Below are positions 18,752 to 28,869 of a stretch of 64,000 nucleotides of DNA, in pieces. The position numbers were made by a program, and so were the translations under genes. The DNA is from Solirubrobacteraceae bacterium. GTDB taxonomy: Bacteria > Actinomycetota > Thermoleophilia > Solirubrobacterales > Solirubrobacteraceae. The notes beneath the pieces are model-generated. The model was not told the origin of the DNA, ran no database searches, and saw only the letters and a program-made list of their open reading frames with translations. Positions within the stretch are counted from its first letter, which is position 1. Every line of letters begins with the position of its first letter. The stretch is from positions 14,041 to 78,040 of the forward strand of contig DATINL010000036.1 in assembly GCA_035474295.1 (NCBI GenBank), read 5' to 3'.

Positions 18752-19882
18752 CTACGCGCTCTGCCTCCTCACTACCCGTGCGATCGCGCGAGCGTCGGGG
18801 CGCATGAGCCGCAACTGGCCGCTGATCTCGGTCCTGTAGCCGTTGAAGAACAGACCTGGCGCCGACGGGTGCTGGGTGCCGCCGCTGACGAGCGGAACGC
18901 CGTCACCGCTCAGCACGCCGAGGTGGCCGACCAGCGGCTCCAGCGCCCGCCGGTAGCCCGTTGCTGCAATCACGGCATCGGGCTGGATGCGAGTGCCATC
19001 GGCAAGCAGCACGTCCGCGCCGTCGAAGCCCTCGACGGCGGCAACGATCTCGATGCGTCCAGCCTTCAGTGCGGCGACGAAGCCATCGTCGAACGCCGGC
19101 GCTTGGTGTCGACGCAGCATGGTTGTAGCCACGCCGCTCGGTGAGCGGGGAAGCCCGTAGGGTTCGAGATTGCCGTAAAGCATCCGCTGCGCAAGCCAGA
19201 TGATCTGATCAGCGACTCGCACCGGAACGTGTTTGAGTGTGATCCCGTTGACCTGCACGGGAACGCCCACGAACTTTCGCGGCAGCACGTTCGGGGGCGT
19301 CCGGCACGCGACCCGCACGCGCCCCGTGCCCCCTCTTGAGAGGAGCAGAGCGACCTCCGAGCCGGTCGTACCGGGCCCAACCACAAGCACGTCGCGCCCG
19401 CGGTAAGGCTCGGCGTTTCGATAGGCGCTTGAGTGGATGAGCTCGCCCGTGAAATCCTCGCGCCCCGGCCAGTCGGGCAGGTCGGGCTCGTTATCGAATC
19501 CGGTCGCGATGACCGCGAAGCGCGCCTGCAGATGCTCACGATCAGTCTCAACCCGCCACCCTCCGCTCACGGCGCCCAGCCGCCGGACCTGGGTGCCGAA
19601 GCGAACCTCGATGCGATGGTGAGCGGCGTAGTCCTCGAGGTACTGGACCCACGCGTCGCGCGACGGGTATTCGCCGTAGCGCCGTCGGCGCGCACGATAG
19701 CCGGGCTGCGTACACATCCATCCCGGCGTATTCAGCCGCAGCCCGTCGTAGCGGGTGCGCCAGCTCGCAGCGACCTGGTCGGTCTGCTCGAGCACGATCA
19801 CATCGACACCAACGCGCCGAAGCGCGGCTGCCGTCGCCAGCCCGGCGGTGCCCGCGCCGCACACAACCGCCTTCGCCGTCAT
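18752..19882 (-). CDS. Flavin-containing monooxygenase (FMO-like)
   Basis: GAGTAG, WRTRYDGLRLNT, IHSSAY (FxGxxxHxxxY), second Rossmann GPGTTG, ATGY; AGGAGG RBS. Confidence 0.9.
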   Translation of the reverse strand: MTAKAVVCGAGTAGLATAAALRRVGVDVIVLEQTDQVAASWRTRYDGLRLNTPGWMCTQPGYRARRRRYGEYPSRDAWVQYLEDYAAHHRIEVRFGTQVRRLGAVSGGWRVETDREHLQARFAVIATGFDNEPDLPDWPGREDFTGELIHSSAYRNAEPYRGRDVLVVGPGTTGSEVALLLSRGGTGRVRVACRTPPNVLPRKFVGVPVQVNGITLKHVPVRVADQIIWLAQRMLYGNLEPYGLPRSPSGVATTMLRRHQAPAFDDGFVAALKAGRIEIVAAVEGFDGADVLLADGTRIQPDAVIAATGYRRALEPLVGHLGVLSGDGVPLVSGGTQHPSAPGLFFNGYRTEISGQLRLMRPDARAIARVVRRQSA

Positions 19883-19949
19883 GTTGAGCCTCCTGTTCAA
19901 ATCGGTGTCGCCGATCATGAGCACAGACCGTGTGCATGAGCGTGTGCGG

Positions 19950-21716
19950 CTAGGACTCGCCGACGAGCGTTGTCAGCCTGGGGTTGTCGATCTCGCCGGC
20001 GAGCATCCGTGCCGAGTCGAGCGCGCCGGCCTGCCCGATGTGCGCGGCATGAACGAGCCCCCGCACCACGAGCTCGCGCATCTCGGTGCGCGCTGCCAAC
20101 GCGCCGAGCGCACGGATCAGCTTGTGCGTCTGCTCGTGCTCTGCCTGATCGAGGTTGAACAGGATCGCGGTGTCGAGCACATGGCCCTGCATCCAGACAT
20201 AGCGATCGGGCAACCGTGTGCAGCGGGCGCGCGCCTGGTCGATCCACCCGCGCGAGGTTCCCAGCTGACCGCGAGCGCGATGCAGCAGCCCGAGGTTGCG
20301 CGCCGCGAGACCCTCCCAGCACGGATCCTGCAGTTCGCACGCCAGAGCGAACGCCCGCTCGAAGCGCTCGGCCGCGCGGGTGGTGTCGCCGTGCTGCAGG
20401 TCGACCTCGCCTCGCAGCGCCTCGGGGAATGGAAGAAAGGACAGCCAGCGCTCGGCCTCGACGAGCTCGAGCGCACGGTCCAATGCCCAGATCGCCTCGC
20501 CTGCCTCGCCGCGCAGCAACTGTGCGCGCGCGATCAGACTCAGCGAGAACGCGGTCTGACGGCGATCGCCGCAGCGCTCGGCGCGCTCGACGGAGCCGCG
20601 CAAAGCCGTAAAGGCGCCGGCGTAGTCGCCCATGTCCGAGCGGTTCATGCCCTGCACGGCAAGGATCGCCGCATGCTCGGCGTCGCTATCGGCAAGCCGC
20701 TCCGCGCGGGTCAGCCAACGCTCGACCGATGCACGGCGACCGGCCTGGATGTCGGTATAGGCCAACTCGCGCAACGCCGAGACGAGCGTGTCGCGGTGGT
20801 CGGCCGCCTCGGCTGCAGCAACCGCCTCGTGGAGCACCGCGGCGCCCTCCTCGTCGCGCCCGCGCACCGCATGCACAAGCGCGGCGCCCAGCGCGACCAG
20901 CGAGCGGGCGTGCAGAACCCCGTCGCCGCATGCGGCAGCCTCGGCGCGCGCCAGACGCAGGCATCTCAGCCCGTGCTCGAGCGCTCCAGCCGCCACCGCC
21001 GCTTCGCCAGCTTCCAGGTGACCGCGCGCTGCGACGCGGTCACCGACGGCGGCATCGCCGTCGACCCCGGGTCCGGCCGCCTGCAGCACCGCCGGTGAGG
21101 GTTCACATCCGAGCTCGGCACGGAACAGGCGTCGGCATGCCGCGACCTGCGCGAGCGCGCCGGCACGGTCGCCGCTGGAGGCCAAGCCGCGTATCAGCAA
21201 CTCGTGGTGGCCTTCATCGAACGGGTCCAGCGCCACCAGGCGCGTGGCGAGCTCGACCGTCTGGTCGGGACGTCCGGCCGCGAGCTCTGCCAGCGCGGTC
21301 TCACGCAACGCGGTCTCGGCGCGCCCGGCGTACAGCCTGCGTGTCACCAACAGCCACGACTCGAATGCCGGACTCGCCGCGAGCTCCCTCCCTTCGAGCA
21401 GCACCCCACCCGTAGAGCCTGCTTCGCGGATGTCGACCACGACGTCGGCAGCGAGCAGCAGTTGCACAGGGTCGCCGTGCAGCACCGCCGCAGGACCGAG
21501 CGCGCGGCGCAGCTGCGCGAGATTCCAGCGGAGCGCGCCGAGCGGATCGGCAGCGTCGGCGAACAGGAACTCAGCAAGCTGGCGGCGGGTGGCCGGACGC
21601 TCGCACAGCAGCAGATAGGCGAACAACGCCCACGCCTTACGACCTCGCGGCGGGGGCGCCGCGACTCCGTCGCGCAGGATCATCGGCGCCCCAAGCAACC
21701 GGATGGAGGTCACCAC
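19950..21716 (-). CDS. BTAD/SARP-type transcriptional activator with TPR-like C-terminus
   Basis: IRLLGAP, GRKAWALFAYL, LRWNLAQLR, LDPFDEGHH, LFRAELGCEPSP. Confidence 0.88.
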   Translation of the reverse strand: MVTSIRLLGAPMILRDGVAAPPPRGRKAWALFAYLLLCERPATRRQLAEFLFADAADPLGALRWNLAQLRRALGPAAVLHGDPVQLLLAADVVVDIREAGSTGGVLLEGRELAASPAFESWLLVTRRLYAGRAETALRETALAELAAGRPDQTVELATRLVALDPFDEGHHELLIRGLASSGDRAGALAQVAACRRLFRAELGCEPSPAVLQAAGPGVDGDAAVGDRVAARGHLEAGEAAVAAGALEHGLRCLRLARAEAAACGDGVLHARSLVALGAALVHAVRGRDEEGAAVLHEAVAAAEAADHRDTLVSALRELAYTDIQAGRRASVERWLTRAERLADSDAEHAAILAVQGMNRSDMGDYAGAFTALRGSVERAERCGDRRQTAFSLSLIARAQLLRGEAGEAIWALDRALELVEAERWLSFLPFPEALRGEVDLQHGDTTRAAERFERAFALACELQDPCWEGLAARNLGLLHRARGQLGTSRGWIDQARARCTRLPDRYVWMQGHVLDTAILFNLDQAEHEQTHKLIRALGALAARTEMRELVVRGLVHAAHIGQAGALDSARMLAGEIDNPRLTTLVGES

Positions 21717-21776
21717 GACGTCACCTTGGCATACTCAGCTCAGAGCACTTACGCTCGAACCACAAGAAATCACCGA

Positions 21777-22040
21777 ATGCCGCGCTTCCTGATACATAGA
21801 GTGCTTGGCGACGTTACCGAGGATGAGCTCGAGGCGGCGGCCGAAGCCTCACGCCGCGTCCGCGCCGAGCGCTTTCCAGAGATCGAGTGGGAGCACTCGC
21901 ACGTGGTGCGCACAGCAGACGGCCTCACCTCTTATTGCGTCTACTCCGCGCCCAGCGCCCAGCACGTCCGCGACCACGCAGCCGCGGCCGGGCTGCCAAC
22001 TGACGAGGTGCTGGAGATCGAGCTCGACCTCCTGCCCTAG
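21777..22040 (+). CDS. DUF4242 (SCO4226-like) domain protein
   Basis: MPRFLIHR, IEWEHSHV, SYCVYSAPS...VRDHA...GLPTDEV. Confidence 0.82.
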   Translation: MPRFLIHRVLGDVTEDELEAAAEASRRVRAERFPEIEWEHSHVVRTADGLTSYCVYSAPSAQHVRDHAAAAGLPTDEVLEIELDLLP

Positions 22041-22341
22041 AGGGAGCATGCCGCGCAGGGCCGTCAAGCGGAGCGCGTCGCGCTATGTCAAGTCGGTGAG
22101 CTCCTTGATCGAGAAGAGCCATCACAGTGAGCCATGTTGCTAAAGACGATCGAAGAATCTGATCCTGGCGGCGATGATAGTCAGTCGCGATCGCCGCGCA
22201 CGAGGTTCAAAGAGAGCTTCACCTGACCAGCACGGGCATGAAGCTGCCCTCCAGTCTCTCCGGAAGGACCAATAGACGAAACGCTCACTCGGCGTGAGTC
22301 ACGCAGCTCCGTGGCGCTGGGGTTCCCGGCGCCGGGGAACC

Positions 22342-23979
22342 TTAGCCTTGATCCACCGTTTTGGGAGTGGGGGTGGCGTTTTGGCGGGTGGTTGGTCGTT
22401 GAGGCTCGGGCGGGCGGGTGTTGAGTCGTGGTTTAGGGCGTGCGGGTGGTTCTTTGGTGGGGGTGGGGCGAGTTGCGGCCGTCGCGACGTCGCGATCGGT
22501 GGTGTTCGGGCAGGCTGAAGCTGGGGGGGTCGGCGTTGGGTCTCCTCTTGGTTGTGGTCGTGTCTCAGGTGAGTGACGGCACAGCGCGTAGGCGCTGAAG
22601 GGTGGTGAGGAACTGGGTCTCCCATGGCCATTGGGCGGGCATCCGGAGTGTGACTGTGCGAGCGGTGCGGGTGACTCGGCCGGGAATGCTCAGCAGTCGG
22701 CGGCGTGTTGTCCGCGCTGTTCGGATGACCGTGTCGGGCAGGCCGATCAGGGTGGTCCATCGCAGTAGGTTGTGCGCGAGCGCGGCGATCACGGTCCAGG
22801 CGGCGTTGGCGATGAATCTGCCGGAGGGGAAGTGCGCGAGTGCTTGGTCTTTGAGTTCACGGATCGCGAGTTCCACAACGGCATGTCCGCGGTGCTCGGC
22901 CTCGACGAGCGCGATCGTGTCGGTGCGGTTGGTCAGGAACGCGTGATGACGCCAGTCCGGCCATATCTCGGCCTGCTTGCCAATGAGACGGGTGCGACGG
23001 ACGATCATCCGTGTGGTCCCGAGCATCGTCTGCGCGATCTGCGCCTCCCCGTTCCTGGGGGTAATCCTCAAGGGACTGCCAGTCCTCTTCCGGGATCGCT
23101 GTGATCGCCGCTTTGACAGGCGCTTGCTGGGTGATCCCGATCGAATACGTCCAGCCTGCGGCGTGCAGGCGGGCCATCAGCTTGTTGTTCCAGAACCCCG
23201 AGTCGGCCCGCAACAGCTTGGGGCCCCTCGCGCCGGCTCGCTGAACGCGGGGGATCAGTTCTTCAACGAACCGTAGTACCCCGCGCGCTGTGTGCGCCTG
23301 GCCTTGCCGAGCGCGGATGTGCAACACCTCGCCAGTCCCCGCACGGGTCGCGACGATCGGGTGATACCCGCGCTTGTGTGTATACCCATAGCCAGCGCCC
23401 TGCTTCTCGTAGCCATAGACCTCGCCAACAAAACTGTCCACGTCGACGATCAGTCGCTGATCGCCTGGACCTGCACCGGCCGCCCACGCCCGCCCCAGAC
23501 AGTCAGCCAGCACTCGGTCGAGTTGGCGGACATGCCCGAAAGTAAACGCCCGCAGGAACGTCCCCAACGTCGAGGGTGCCGCCACCCCATGACCCAACAC
23601 CGCGCTGGTCTGACCCGAGCGCAACACGTCACAGTCATCGATGCAGTCCGCGCCCAGACACATCGCGGACACCAAGCTCATGACCTTCCGGCCCACGTTC
23701 GCCGCTCCCGCCCGGTCGCCGAGATCAACCATCCGGTCGACCACAGCCTCGATCCCAAGCCGCTGCGCGAGCACCGCCGGGAGCAGCATCCCGGCGTTCG
23801 CGACCACCCGCTCATCATCGAAGAGCACCCTCGTCACGTCCGGCAGACCACTCACCATGTAGGTGACCTCCTGTTCAGGCCCGCCGTCGCCCGACACGAC
23901 AGCTTTCTGCCCGCTCAGGAGGTCATCTAAATCTCAGCCCCGGACGACTCCCCACCAAAGAACGGTGGATCAAGGCTAA
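22342..23979 (-). mobile_element. IS1380-family insertion sequence
   Basis: Perfect 19-bp terminal inverted repeat TTAGCCTTGATCCACCGTT (22342-22360 / 23961-23979) around an IS1380-type transposase; the outer TA may be a target duplication. Confidence 0.9.
22565..23858 (-). pseudogene. IS1380 transposase, split by a +1 frameshift
   Basis: Motifs APSTLGTFL, VDVDS, GYHP, RADSGF, then in another frame EHRGHAVVELAIRELK, PSGRFIANAAW; removing one base of the G5 run at 23057-23061 restores DYPRNGEAQIA. Confidence 0.85.
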
Positions 23980-24266
23980 ACACGCGACGCCCCCGCTCGA
24001 TCAACAAGACCCCAAAAAACGCCAGGGGCCTCACCAGGGGCCTCAGCCCTTCCACGCTCGGGCCCACTGGTGACCCTTTGCGTATTGATCGCGTTCTGCC
24101 CGATAGCCTCTACGAGCTGTGAGCTGGAAAGAACTCGTCGCGCCGAGCAGCCCTCTAGGCCCGTCATGAGCGAGTCGGTCTGGACCGGTCTGTCGGCATG
24201 TACCCGAGTGAGATGCGGCGGCTGCGCGGATCGCCTGGGGTTTTGCTACGCCGCTCGTGGTGAACG

Positions 24267-25322
24267 TTAATCCCCTCGAGACTCGCGTTTGTCCCGAGGA
24301 TCGCGCTCGTAGCGCCCACCTAGGTATTCGTCGACCCAACCGAGGGTGCTGCGCCACGTGCCGTCGGCGGCTTTGGAAGCCTTGAGCCGACCCCGGGTCG
24401 CGGCCACGCGTAGCGCGTTTGCGGAGATCCGTTCGGACGCCAGCGCGGGCAATGGAACCAGGCGTGATGGGCCGGCGACGGCGGGGACGACGAACTTATG
24501 GAGGTTGTCGAGGATGGCGCGGGCGAATAGCTCTCCGAGGGGGCTATGGTCACCTTGATCGGCGCTCTGGAGTGCGGCCAGGTATCGCCGGCGGTCTCCC
24601 TTGAAGATGATTGCGGGCGGATACCCAAGCCGAACTAGGAGCAGATTGAGAACGAGCCGGCCGGTGCGCCCGTTGCCGTCGAGAAATGGATGGATCTGCT
24701 CGAAGCGCGCATGGAGCTTGGCTAGCGCTTCGGGCTCGATGTCGTCATCCTCGCGGCCCAGCGCTTGCACCTGGCTGATCCAGTCGGTGACCATGGCGGA
24801 GACCTCAGGCCACGGTGGTGGGCGCATGCCGCCGGGAAACGCCCGGATGTCGTGCTCGCGGAATGAGCCTGGACGCTCGCTATCGCCGGCGCTTGGGTGA
24901 GGCGCGACGTTCCATACGGGTGTGAGCGCAAGGCGGTGGATGTGTCGAAGCTCGGTCAACGAGAACAGTCCGTCGCTCGACCATGCGCCGGGGTTCAACG
25001 CCTGGCCGTAGACCCAGTTGGCGGCATCCGCGTACCCGCGCACCTCCATGTACTCCCTGAGCTCTTTGTTGCCTACCGCTCGGCCTTGCTCGAGCAGCTG
25101 CTCGACCTGCTTGAGCACGAGTGTGTTGCCTTCGATGGCAGTCGAGTGGTGAGCCTCCTCGAGCCATATGCCGCGCCAGATGTCGTCTGCTTCGCCAGGT
25201 GAGGGCAGCCCGCCGAGCCGCTCGCGCAGTTCGCCGATCTGAACACGCAGGCGCTCGTAGACGGCAGCTCGCGTAGGCCGCCCGCGGCCGGCCACCCGTA
25301 TGAGTTTGTGCGGCTGAGGCAC
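24267..25322 (-). CDS. Fic family protein (class II) with C-terminal HTH-like extension
   Basis: Inhibitory motif HSTAIEGN, catalytic HPFLDGNGRTGR, C-terminal ISANALRVAATRGRLKA..DGTWRS; start inferred. Confidence 0.9.
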   Translation of the reverse strand: MPQPHKLIRVAGRGRPTRAAVYERLRVQIGELRERLGGLPSPGEADDIWRGIWLEEAHHSTAIEGNTLVLKQVEQLLEQGRAVGNKELREYMEVRGYADAANWVYGQALNPGAWSSDGLFSLTELRHIHRLALTPVWNVAPHPSAGDSERPGSFREHDIRAFPGGMRPPPWPEVSAMVTDWISQVQALGREDDDIEPEALAKLHARFEQIHPFLDGNGRTGRLVLNLLLVRLGYPPAIIFKGDRRRYLAALQSADQGDHSPLGELFARAILDNLHKFVVPAVAGPSRLVPLPALASERISANALRVAATRGRLKASKAADGTWRSTLGWVDEYLGGRYERDPRDKRESRGD

Positions 25323-25649
25323 TATCCAATTGTACCGCACATATTCACAAAAGTGTGCGGTTGTCGCCAAGGCAATTGCACCGAACAAATGTGGGAGGCT
25401 GGGCACCTTTGCCGCGGGCGTAGGGCAGAGCGATCCTGACGCTTATCGCGGCCGCGCGGGGCCTGAGCCGCCATCCGGGTTAGCCGTCACGCTGGCGCTT
25501 CGCTTTGCCCCCGCCGCCTACCGGATTCAAACGTCACCGCAGTCGATGAGGTCCCCCAGCGGCCATCATCTGCGCGCCACACGGATGCCACATCGTGCGA
25601 ATCCAGGAACGCGACATAGGCGTCATCAATTGGCTCGCTGAAGAGCGCC

Positions 25650-26153
25650 TCATGGCCAGGGTAGGTCGAGTGCTCGCGCCGTGGTGCTGAGCTTCATGAT
25701 CAGCCGGCACGGGTCTGTCGACGAGGGCTGGAAGTCGTGGGCGCGATAGAAGTCCGCTGCGTTGCTGTCCACCGCGTCGACGACTATAAGGTGCCCGCCA
25801 GCTGAGCGAGCGGCCGTAACGATCGTAGTTAGGGCGTAAACCAGCAGCTCGCCGCCGAGCCCTTGGCCGTGCAGATCGCTACGTAGGGCCAGCTTGGCCA
25901 GGAGGATCGCGGGGATGCGGTTTGGCGCTCCGCGGCCGACGCCCGGTGGCGCGGTATCCCGCTCGACTAGATAAGGGGCGACCGCAAAGTAGCCCGCGAC
26001 AGTGCGAGTAGCGTCCTCGACGAGCAGATATGTACGAGTGCCCTGCCCTGTGGCATTCCGGGCGTGTCGCTGTAGCCATTCGGTGAGGGCATCGTGCCCG
26101 CAATCGAACGCGTCGAGGTCGTGACCGGCGAGCGGCTCGACCCGGTAGCTCAC
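25650..26153 (-). CDS. GNAT acetyltransferase toxin (TacT/AtaT-like)
   Basis: FDCGHDALTEWL, AGYF, PAILLAKLAL, HGQGLGGELL, IVVDA, FYRAHDF. Confidence 0.9.
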   Translation of the reverse strand: MSYRVEPLAGHDLDAFDCGHDALTEWLQRHARNATGQGTRTYLLVEDATRTVAGYFAVAPYLVERDTAPPGVGRGAPNRIPAILLAKLALRSDLHGQGLGGELLVYALTTIVTAARSAGGHLIVVDAVDSNAADFYRAHDFQPSSTDPCRLIMKLSTTARALDLPWP

Positions 26154-26428
26154 GTCGACTTGATTCGCCTGCGCCGCGTGGCCGCAGTAGCCGCCTTTGC
26201 GAGTCCGGGGGCATCCTCCGGCTCATCGAGAGATGCGACGAGCTGGTCGAAGTAAGCGGCTGGGACTACCGTCGATGCTCGCTCCCGCACGATATTGTCG
26301 GCGCGATCCAGCGCAGCAAGGACAACGAACGACGACACTGACTCGCCTGCCAGTGCTGCTGCTTGCTCGATTTGCTTGCGCTCCGTTGATGTGAGTCGCG
26401 TCTCTAGGCGCTCTGCCTTGACGGCCAC
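26150..26428 (-). CDS. DUF1778 ribbon-helix-helix antitoxin (TacA/AtaR-like)
   Basis: ERLETRL...IEQAAAL.GESVSSFV; AAGGAGG RBS; stop overlaps toxin start. Confidence 0.9.
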   Translation of the reverse strand: MAVKAERLETRLTSTERKQIEQAAALAGESVSSFVVLAALDRADNIVRERASTVVPAAYFDQLVASLDEPEDAPGLAKAATAATRRRRIKST

Positions 26429-26594
26429 ATGAACCTCCTTAGCTACGTACAAGTGTACGGAGCCGCTCCTCGCGCGTCAAGTACATACGCATCCCTCGCG
26501 CGCCGCGGGCTCCAGGGTGCTCGCCGACTTATCGAGCGATATTCGCCCGCCCGCCAGCAGCGCAGCGCGGTTCGACTTGAGGTCGTTGGCTCCA

Positions 26595-28226
26595 TCAAGA
26601 TAGTTGTCTGTTGTCGTTGTCGGAGGCGCGGAGTGGCCCCATGGTCGTTGCTGAGCACGACATCTCCCGACTAGCATTTCGACGTCGGCATACGGTGATC
26701 GCATCCGCATACCCGCTCAGGTCGTAGCGCCCTCCGGGGCCCCAGGAGTCAAGCTGGCACTCGACCAGCAACCCGCGCTCAACCGCGATGGCCGCGAATA
26801 GCTCACGCGACATTGGTGAACGCCAGCCGCGACGGGACGGAAGTTGACCACGATTGCGTCCGTCGGAGTGATGCACGACTGCGACACCACCAGGCGCGAG
26901 GACACGGGCAATTTCCTCAAGGTAGGCCGCTTGATCGCGCGGAGCCACGTGCACGAAGACATCGAATGACCACACGGCGTCGATCGAGCCATCCTCTACG
27001 CCAGGCAGATCGTTCCCGGACGAGAGGACGTACTGGATGCGTGTATCACCGCTAAAACGCTCCCGGCACAGCTCGAGCGGTCGCTCACTTACATCTACGA
27101 GCACCAGGTGAGAGCCGCGTATTGCGAGCGCCTGTGACCAACGCCCGGCGCCCGGCCCGATTTCTAGCACAACGGCGCCCGCTGGAATCCAGCGATCAAG
27201 CACGTCCTCGATAAGCGCCTGCTTCCACTCGACCGAAGCATTCCATTCCTCGCCGCGCCCGCTCCAGTCATAGCCGGTCCACTGTCGGCGGTTGTCGAGC
27301 GGCGAGTTTCCGCGCCACCGCAAGTGCGCTGGCCCGAGCACGCCACGCTGCTGCTCTGCCACCAGCCGGCGGTCCTCGATCGCAGTGCGTACCCGGCGCA
27401 TCAGCTGGTGTGCGAATTCCGTAACGCGCCGCGTTGTGGATGCACATCGACGGAGAATGCTCACCCACAGCTTTCGAGAGCGCTCCGATATTGTAGGCGC
27501 ACAGGTAGCCCTTCCGGCCCCGACTCGATGCACGAATAGAGCGCCGCGCTGCTCACCGCTGAGCCGCAGCTCCGTCACCGCCTCCCGGACTCCCGGATAC
27601 AGCGGGTGGGTAAAGTCATCCAATACAAGCAGCGCACCATCTGCCAGAAACGGTTGCCATGCCCGCACCTCTCGGATGGTCTCTCCTCGACCATGTGAGC
27701 TGTCGATATACAGCAGATCAACCATCCGGTGATGCGATGTCCCGTCAACTCCCGGCGCGACAATCAACTCAATTCGATTGCGGACTGATGAGTTGGTCAG
27801 CTGTAAGTACAGCTCGCGCTCGGAACGCTCGACGGGGTCATAGCCCACCACTGTGCGCCGCCGATCCGCCAGCGCCAGCGAGATCGTGGTCCATGCGGTT
27901 CCAGTTCCCAGCTCCACCACATAACGGCGCCCCCGTGCCAAGCCCATCAGCGTTGCCAGATCCCGTGGTCGCGTGGTCGACACCAAGCTGAACCGATCCC
28001 CTATGCGCAATGCCACCCGACGTGCGCTCAATTGAAACAACGCCACTCTAGGTGGCAAGGCCCGTAGTGCCACGAGAAAGCTCAGCTCGCGCCGCAAGCC
28101 GTCGAGACGGTCCAGGCGCCACTCCTTCTTGCGCCGGTCTTTGGCGAAAGCCTCCGGCAAAACTGCCGTAACCGTCAAAAGCATCGTCGAGCATGCAGTC
28201 GCCGCACGCAGAAGCCCACCCGTCAT
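26595..28226 (-). CDS. Protein with two class I SAM-methyltransferase domains
   Basis: Domain 1 VELGTGTA, LLYIDSSH, LVLDD (Methyltransf_24-like); domain 2 LEIGPGAGRW, VDVS, DAVWSFDVFVH, VLAPGG; start uncertain. Confidence 0.75.
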   Translation of the reverse strand: MTGGLLRAATACSTMLLTVTAVLPEAFAKDRRKKEWRLDRLDGLRRELSFLVALRALPPRVALFQLSARRVALRIGDRFSLVSTTRPRDLATLMGLARGRRYVVELGTGTAWTTISLALADRRRTVVGYDPVERSERELYLQLTNSSVRNRIELIVAPGVDGTSHHRMVDLLYIDSSHGRGETIREVRAWQPFLADGALLVLDDFTHPLYPGVREAVTELRLSGEQRGALFVHRVGAGRATCAPTISERSRKLWVSILRRCASTTRRVTEFAHQLMRRVRTAIEDRRLVAEQQRGVLGPAHLRWRGNSPLDNRRQWTGYDWSGRGEEWNASVEWKQALIEDVLDRWIPAGAVVLEIGPGAGRWSQALAIRGSHLVLVDVSERPLELCRERFSGDTRIQYVLSSGNDLPGVEDGSIDAVWSFDVFVHVAPRDQAAYLEEIARVLAPGGVAVVHHSDGRNRGQLPSRRGWRSPMSRELFAAIAVERGLLVECQLDSWGPGGRYDLSGYADAITVCRRRNASREMSCSATTMGPLRASDNDNRQLS

Positions 28227-28869
28227 CCTCTCCCCCTCCGGCCGGTCGGTTGGCGCCAGGCTCAGACTGGCGAACCGTGACGGTCATCCCAACACACGGA
28301 ATTATTGAATGTTGCGGAGGATGCTTTCGGCTGCGGGCCTGTCTGTGATCAGCCGGCTAAACGCGCGGCCCCATCTATGCGCCAGCGCGCGCTCGACGCA
28401 GTATGAAAACTGGCCCGCTTGTTATCGTTGCAGCTCGAAGCCAACACGCGTGTATCAAGACACTGCAGCGGGCACAATGGCTTGCAGTAGACAACTGTGG
28501 CGGTGGAACGGTTACGTAGCACCGCCTTCACCGCGGCATCCGTGCGCGTAAGCGCATCTAGATGCAGCTCGTACCCGTCCGATCGAACGATCTTGTAAGT
28601 CATCCCGGCGCATTGTTGCCCGTTTGTCAGTCGCCTCAAACGCGGCGCGCACCGAGATAGGCACACGTGGAGCTCCGCTGGATAGCACTTCGACTGCGAC
28701 CTACTCACCGATGCTCCCCCAACTCGCGCTCACGACATGTGACCCGCCCGATGTGGATGCACACGGTGCATCCAGTGAGCGTGGCGAGGGCGCGTTCCCA
28801 CCTATGGTGTCTTCGCGGCGCGCCGTCTGCTGCGAGCGGAATGCCTGTGGCAGACGCTACCGTACGCCC

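Noticed and set aside
25490-25640. Protein-like fragment EPIDDAYVAFLDSHDVASVWRADDGRWG on the minus strand
   Set aside because: No start codon and too short to assign; may be a gene remnant
28349-28603. Possible 84-aa ORF (MTYKIVRSDGYELHLD...)
   Set aside because: No clear RBS or motif; cannot be supported without a homology search
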